From an uncultured Candidatus Saccharibacteria bacterium (GTDB lineage: Bacteria; Patescibacteriota; Saccharimonadia; Saccharimonadales; CAYVSP01), in NCBI GenBank assembly GCA_964625325.1, contig CAZVBA010000003.1:1-32339 (forward strand): 32,339 nucleotides of DNA, given 5' to 3'. This document shows, in pieces, positions 29,923 through 32,339 of the stretch (its first letter is position 1; the number at the start of each line of letters is the position of its first letter). A program made the position numbers and the translations under genes. Under the pieces are notes generated by a model. That model ran no database searches, was not told the DNA's origin, and worked only from the letters and a program-made list of their open reading frames with translations.

Positions 29923-30039
29923 AAGCAAATTACTTCATAATATGAAATTGTGGATAAATAATGTCATAATATCGTTGAAAAGCTTGTGGTTACCCGATTG
30001 AACTGCTATATATAAGCGTATAATTCGACAAAAATAAAA

Positions 30040-31305
30040 ATGACAAAAAGAAATTATATATACAGTCGGTTACTGATAGCTGTTCTGCTGCTGGGTCTTA
30101 TTAGTGGGGCGCTGTCGAGCATTTTTGCCAGCAGAGCTAGTGCTGCCCAGTTGACCTCACGTTCCTTGACGCTTTCTACGGCAGTCATTAGTCAGACCGG
30201 CGTTAACTATGCCTTTGCTTTTACGCTTGGTACGACATCGACAGTACAGGGGCTTAAGTTTGAGGCCTGTACGGCGGCGCTTAGTACTTGTACTGCCCCG
30301 ACCGGTCTTAGTTTCTCCAGTGCGACTTTCGGTTCACAAGCCAGCTGGACTAATGCCACCAACTTTGCGGTCGATAATACCGGCGCTAACGACTGTACGC
30401 CGGCTGCCAACGTACTGTGTGCCAACCGTACTCAGGCCGGCTCGGAAACGGCCGGGGCGCGCAGTATTAACTTCGGCACCATTACCAATCCGAGCGGTGC
30501 CAGCTGCAGCAGCAATCCGAACTGTACGTTTTTTATTCACATCACTACCTACACTACCAATAACTATACTGGCGGCAGTATTACCGATACGGGAACAGTA
30601 GCCAGCTCCACCACACAAACTTTGACCATTGCCGCGCGCATTCAAGAAGTCCTTAACTTCTGCATTGGTAGTACCACCGTTAACGATGCTACCACCAGCC
30701 CGGGTACAGATTGTAGCGCCATTAGCGGCACCACCGTCGACTTGGGCGTCCTGGACTCCAGCCAAATAACCGTATCGCCCGTCTCTTCAAGTACTAGCGG
30801 TAATTCCACGAACGGCGTGGCTATGTTAAAAACTAACGCTAGTAATGGATCCAGCGTTACCTACCGGGCTATCCAGCAATCCGGCACTAATCACCAAGGT
30901 GCTCTGCGCGTGGTGGGAGCGTCGTGCAACTCGGGTACCGTTAGCACCGATCAGTGTATTACTAGTTCGTCGTCGCAGATCACCTTTACGGCCGGTACTG
31001 AAGATTTTGGCATGACGGTTGGCGGCACCAATTGCGGCAGCACCACCTCGTACAGCTGCGCCTTAACCAGCGGTACTAATAACCTGAAAGCCGTCAGTGG
31101 CTATATCGGCGCCTCAGCGACATCATATGGTACCTCAAATGGCTTCAAATGGCGCGAAGACGGCAACACCGACCAGATTGCTTCGGCCACTACGGCCGTA
31201 GATGACGAAGCGCTGATATTAAGGTTTGCGGCGACCCCCAATATCGTGACGCCGACCGGCTCCTATCAGGCCCAGGGTGACTTCATCGCCATTGCTACTT
31301 ACTAA
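30040..31305 (+). CDS. Secreted Thr/Ser/Gly-rich 12-Cys surface protein, paralog B
   Basis: Signal peptide (ASA-A), RSLTLSTA, ends TPTGSYQAQGDFIAIATY; colinear with paralog A. Confidence 0.82.
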   Translation: MTKRNYIYSRLLIAVLLLGLISGALSSIFASRASAAQLTSRSLTLSTAVISQTGVNYAFAFTLGTTSTVQGLKFEACTAALSTCTAPTGLSFSSATFGSQASWTNATNFAVDNTGANDCTPAANVLCANRTQAGSETAGARSINFGTITNPSGASCSSNPNCTFFIHITTYTTNNYTGGSITDTGTVASSTTQTLTIAARIQEVLNFCIGSTTVNDATTSPGTDCSAISGTTVDLGVLDSSQITVSPVSSSTSGNSTNGVAMLKTNASNGSSVTYRAIQQSGTNHQGALRVVGASCNSGTVSTDQCITSSSSQITFTAGTEDFGMTVGGTNCGSTTSYSCALTSGTNNLKAVSGYIGASATSYGTSNGFKWREDGNTDQIASATTAVDDEALILRFAATPNIVTPTGSYQAQGDFIAIATY

Positions 31306-31353
31306 ACAGCGGTGCGCCACTCAAACCTGTATAGTTAGCTGGTGAAGCATATT

Positions 31354-32339
31354 ATGAAAGCCATAGCTATGCCCGCAGCCTACAAAAGACCACTAGTCTG
31401 GACAAGTATCCTTCTGCTGTGTCTGGCAGTCTGGCCCCGCCATTACGCTCTGGCGGCTACCCTCAGCAATCGTTCCATTACCGTACCAACGGCGCTGACG
31501 GGGGCTACCACTAACCACCAGTTTCGCTTCAACTACATCAGTTCGTCGAGTGTCGGTTCAGTCTCATTTGAATATTGCGATAATAGTCCGCTAGACAGCG
31601 ATACCTGCAACCCGCCAGCCGGTCTCGATGTATCCAACGTTAATTTGGCGGCCCAGTCGGGCCAAGTCGGCTTTAGTATAGACAGTAATACCACCACCAA
31701 TCGCATCGTCATAACCCGGCCGGCGCTGACTGTGATTCCGGGTGCGGCCAGCTACACATTCAGTAATGCGGTTAACGCCTCGACGGCTAATAAAACGATT
31801 TTTGTGCGTATCAACACGCACGCCAGCACGGACGGCAGCGGCGCCACGATTGACAACGGGGCGGTTGCTTTTACCTTGACCGGCGGCCTGGCCGTCAACG
31901 CCTTTGTGCCGCCTTTCTTAACGCTGTGCGCCGGTGTTACTGTGGCGATTAACTGTTCAAGCACTAACGGCTTGGGCATCAACCTCGGCATACTTAGTCC
32001 TACTCACGCCAGCGTTGGTACCACCCAAACGGCCGCTGCTACTAACGATAATGGCGGTTATACCTTATCTATCCAAGGCCTGACAATGACTTCCGGTAAT
32101 AACACCATTTCGGCGCTGACTACGCCGACTATTTCCTCACCGGCCACTAGTCAATTTGGTATCAATGCGCGGGCCAACACTAATCCTAATGTCGGCCGTG
32201 ACCCTGAGGGCAGCGGTTCGGCGACACCGACGGCTGACTACAACCAGTCTAATCTGTTCACTTTCCGCAACGGCGATACCATCGCCAACTCGACGATAGC
32301 TACCGACTTTAACCGCTTCACCATATCCTACCTGGTCAA
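31354..32339 (+). CDS. Secreted surface protein, paralog C, runs off the window (not in ORF track)
   Basis: Hand translation is open to the end: MKAIAMP...LLLCLAVWPRHYALAATLSNRSITV...FEYC...TCNPPAGL...FVRINT...SQFGINARANT...FTISYLV. Confidence 0.8.
   Translation, partial: MKAIAMPAAYKRPLVWTSILLLCLAVWPRHYALAATLSNRSITVPTALTGATTNHQFRFNYISSSSVGSVSFEYCDNSPLDSDTCNPPAGLDVSNVNLAAQSGQVGFSIDSNTTTNRIVITRPALTVIPGAASYTFSNAVNASTANKTIFVRINTHASTDGSGATIDNGAVAFTLTGGLAVNAFVPPFLTLCAGVTVAINCSSTNGLGINLGILSPTHASVGTTQTAAATNDNGGYTLSIQGLTMTSGNNTISALTTPTISSPATSQFGINARANTNPNVGRDPEGSGSATPTADYNQSNLFTFRNGDTIANSTIATDFNRFTISYLV

Noticed and set aside
28591-31305. Diversity-generating retroelement template/variable repeat pair
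   Set aside because: Similarity spans whole genes, differences are not adenine-specific, and no reverse transcriptase is present.

Overview
Gene-dense bacterial chromosomal window (standard code, TGA used as stop). Gene content and style suggest Candidatus Saccharibacteria (TM7/Patescibacteria); this is an inference. Left to right: 3' part of typA, a secreted GH25-like hydrolase, cutA, csaA, an OmpR-family two-component module with SHOCT and cupredoxin genes, an MprF/DUF2156 lipid aminoacylase divergent from a DUF998-like gene, GH37 trehalase, a family-5 solute-binding protein paired with an orphan histidine kinase, tRNA-Val(CAC), a degenerate PyrF-like gene plus Nudix, metG-tatD, iscS, a divergent F1-ATPase operon, then a cluster of secreted Cys/Thr-rich paralogs. 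Two observations stand out. (1) The ATPase operon has b-delta-alpha-gamma-beta-epsilon in canonical order but no subunit a, and the atpE slot holds a 280-aa protein with a large exported domain fused to a c-like hairpin (GRNP loop) lacking the ion-binding carboxylate, suggesting an ATP-driven machine that does not translocate ions. (2) Three dispersed ~138-nt copies of a structured element with compensatory base changes, two of them flanking metG in inverted orientation. All homology calls come from motifs recognised by eye; no searches were run.
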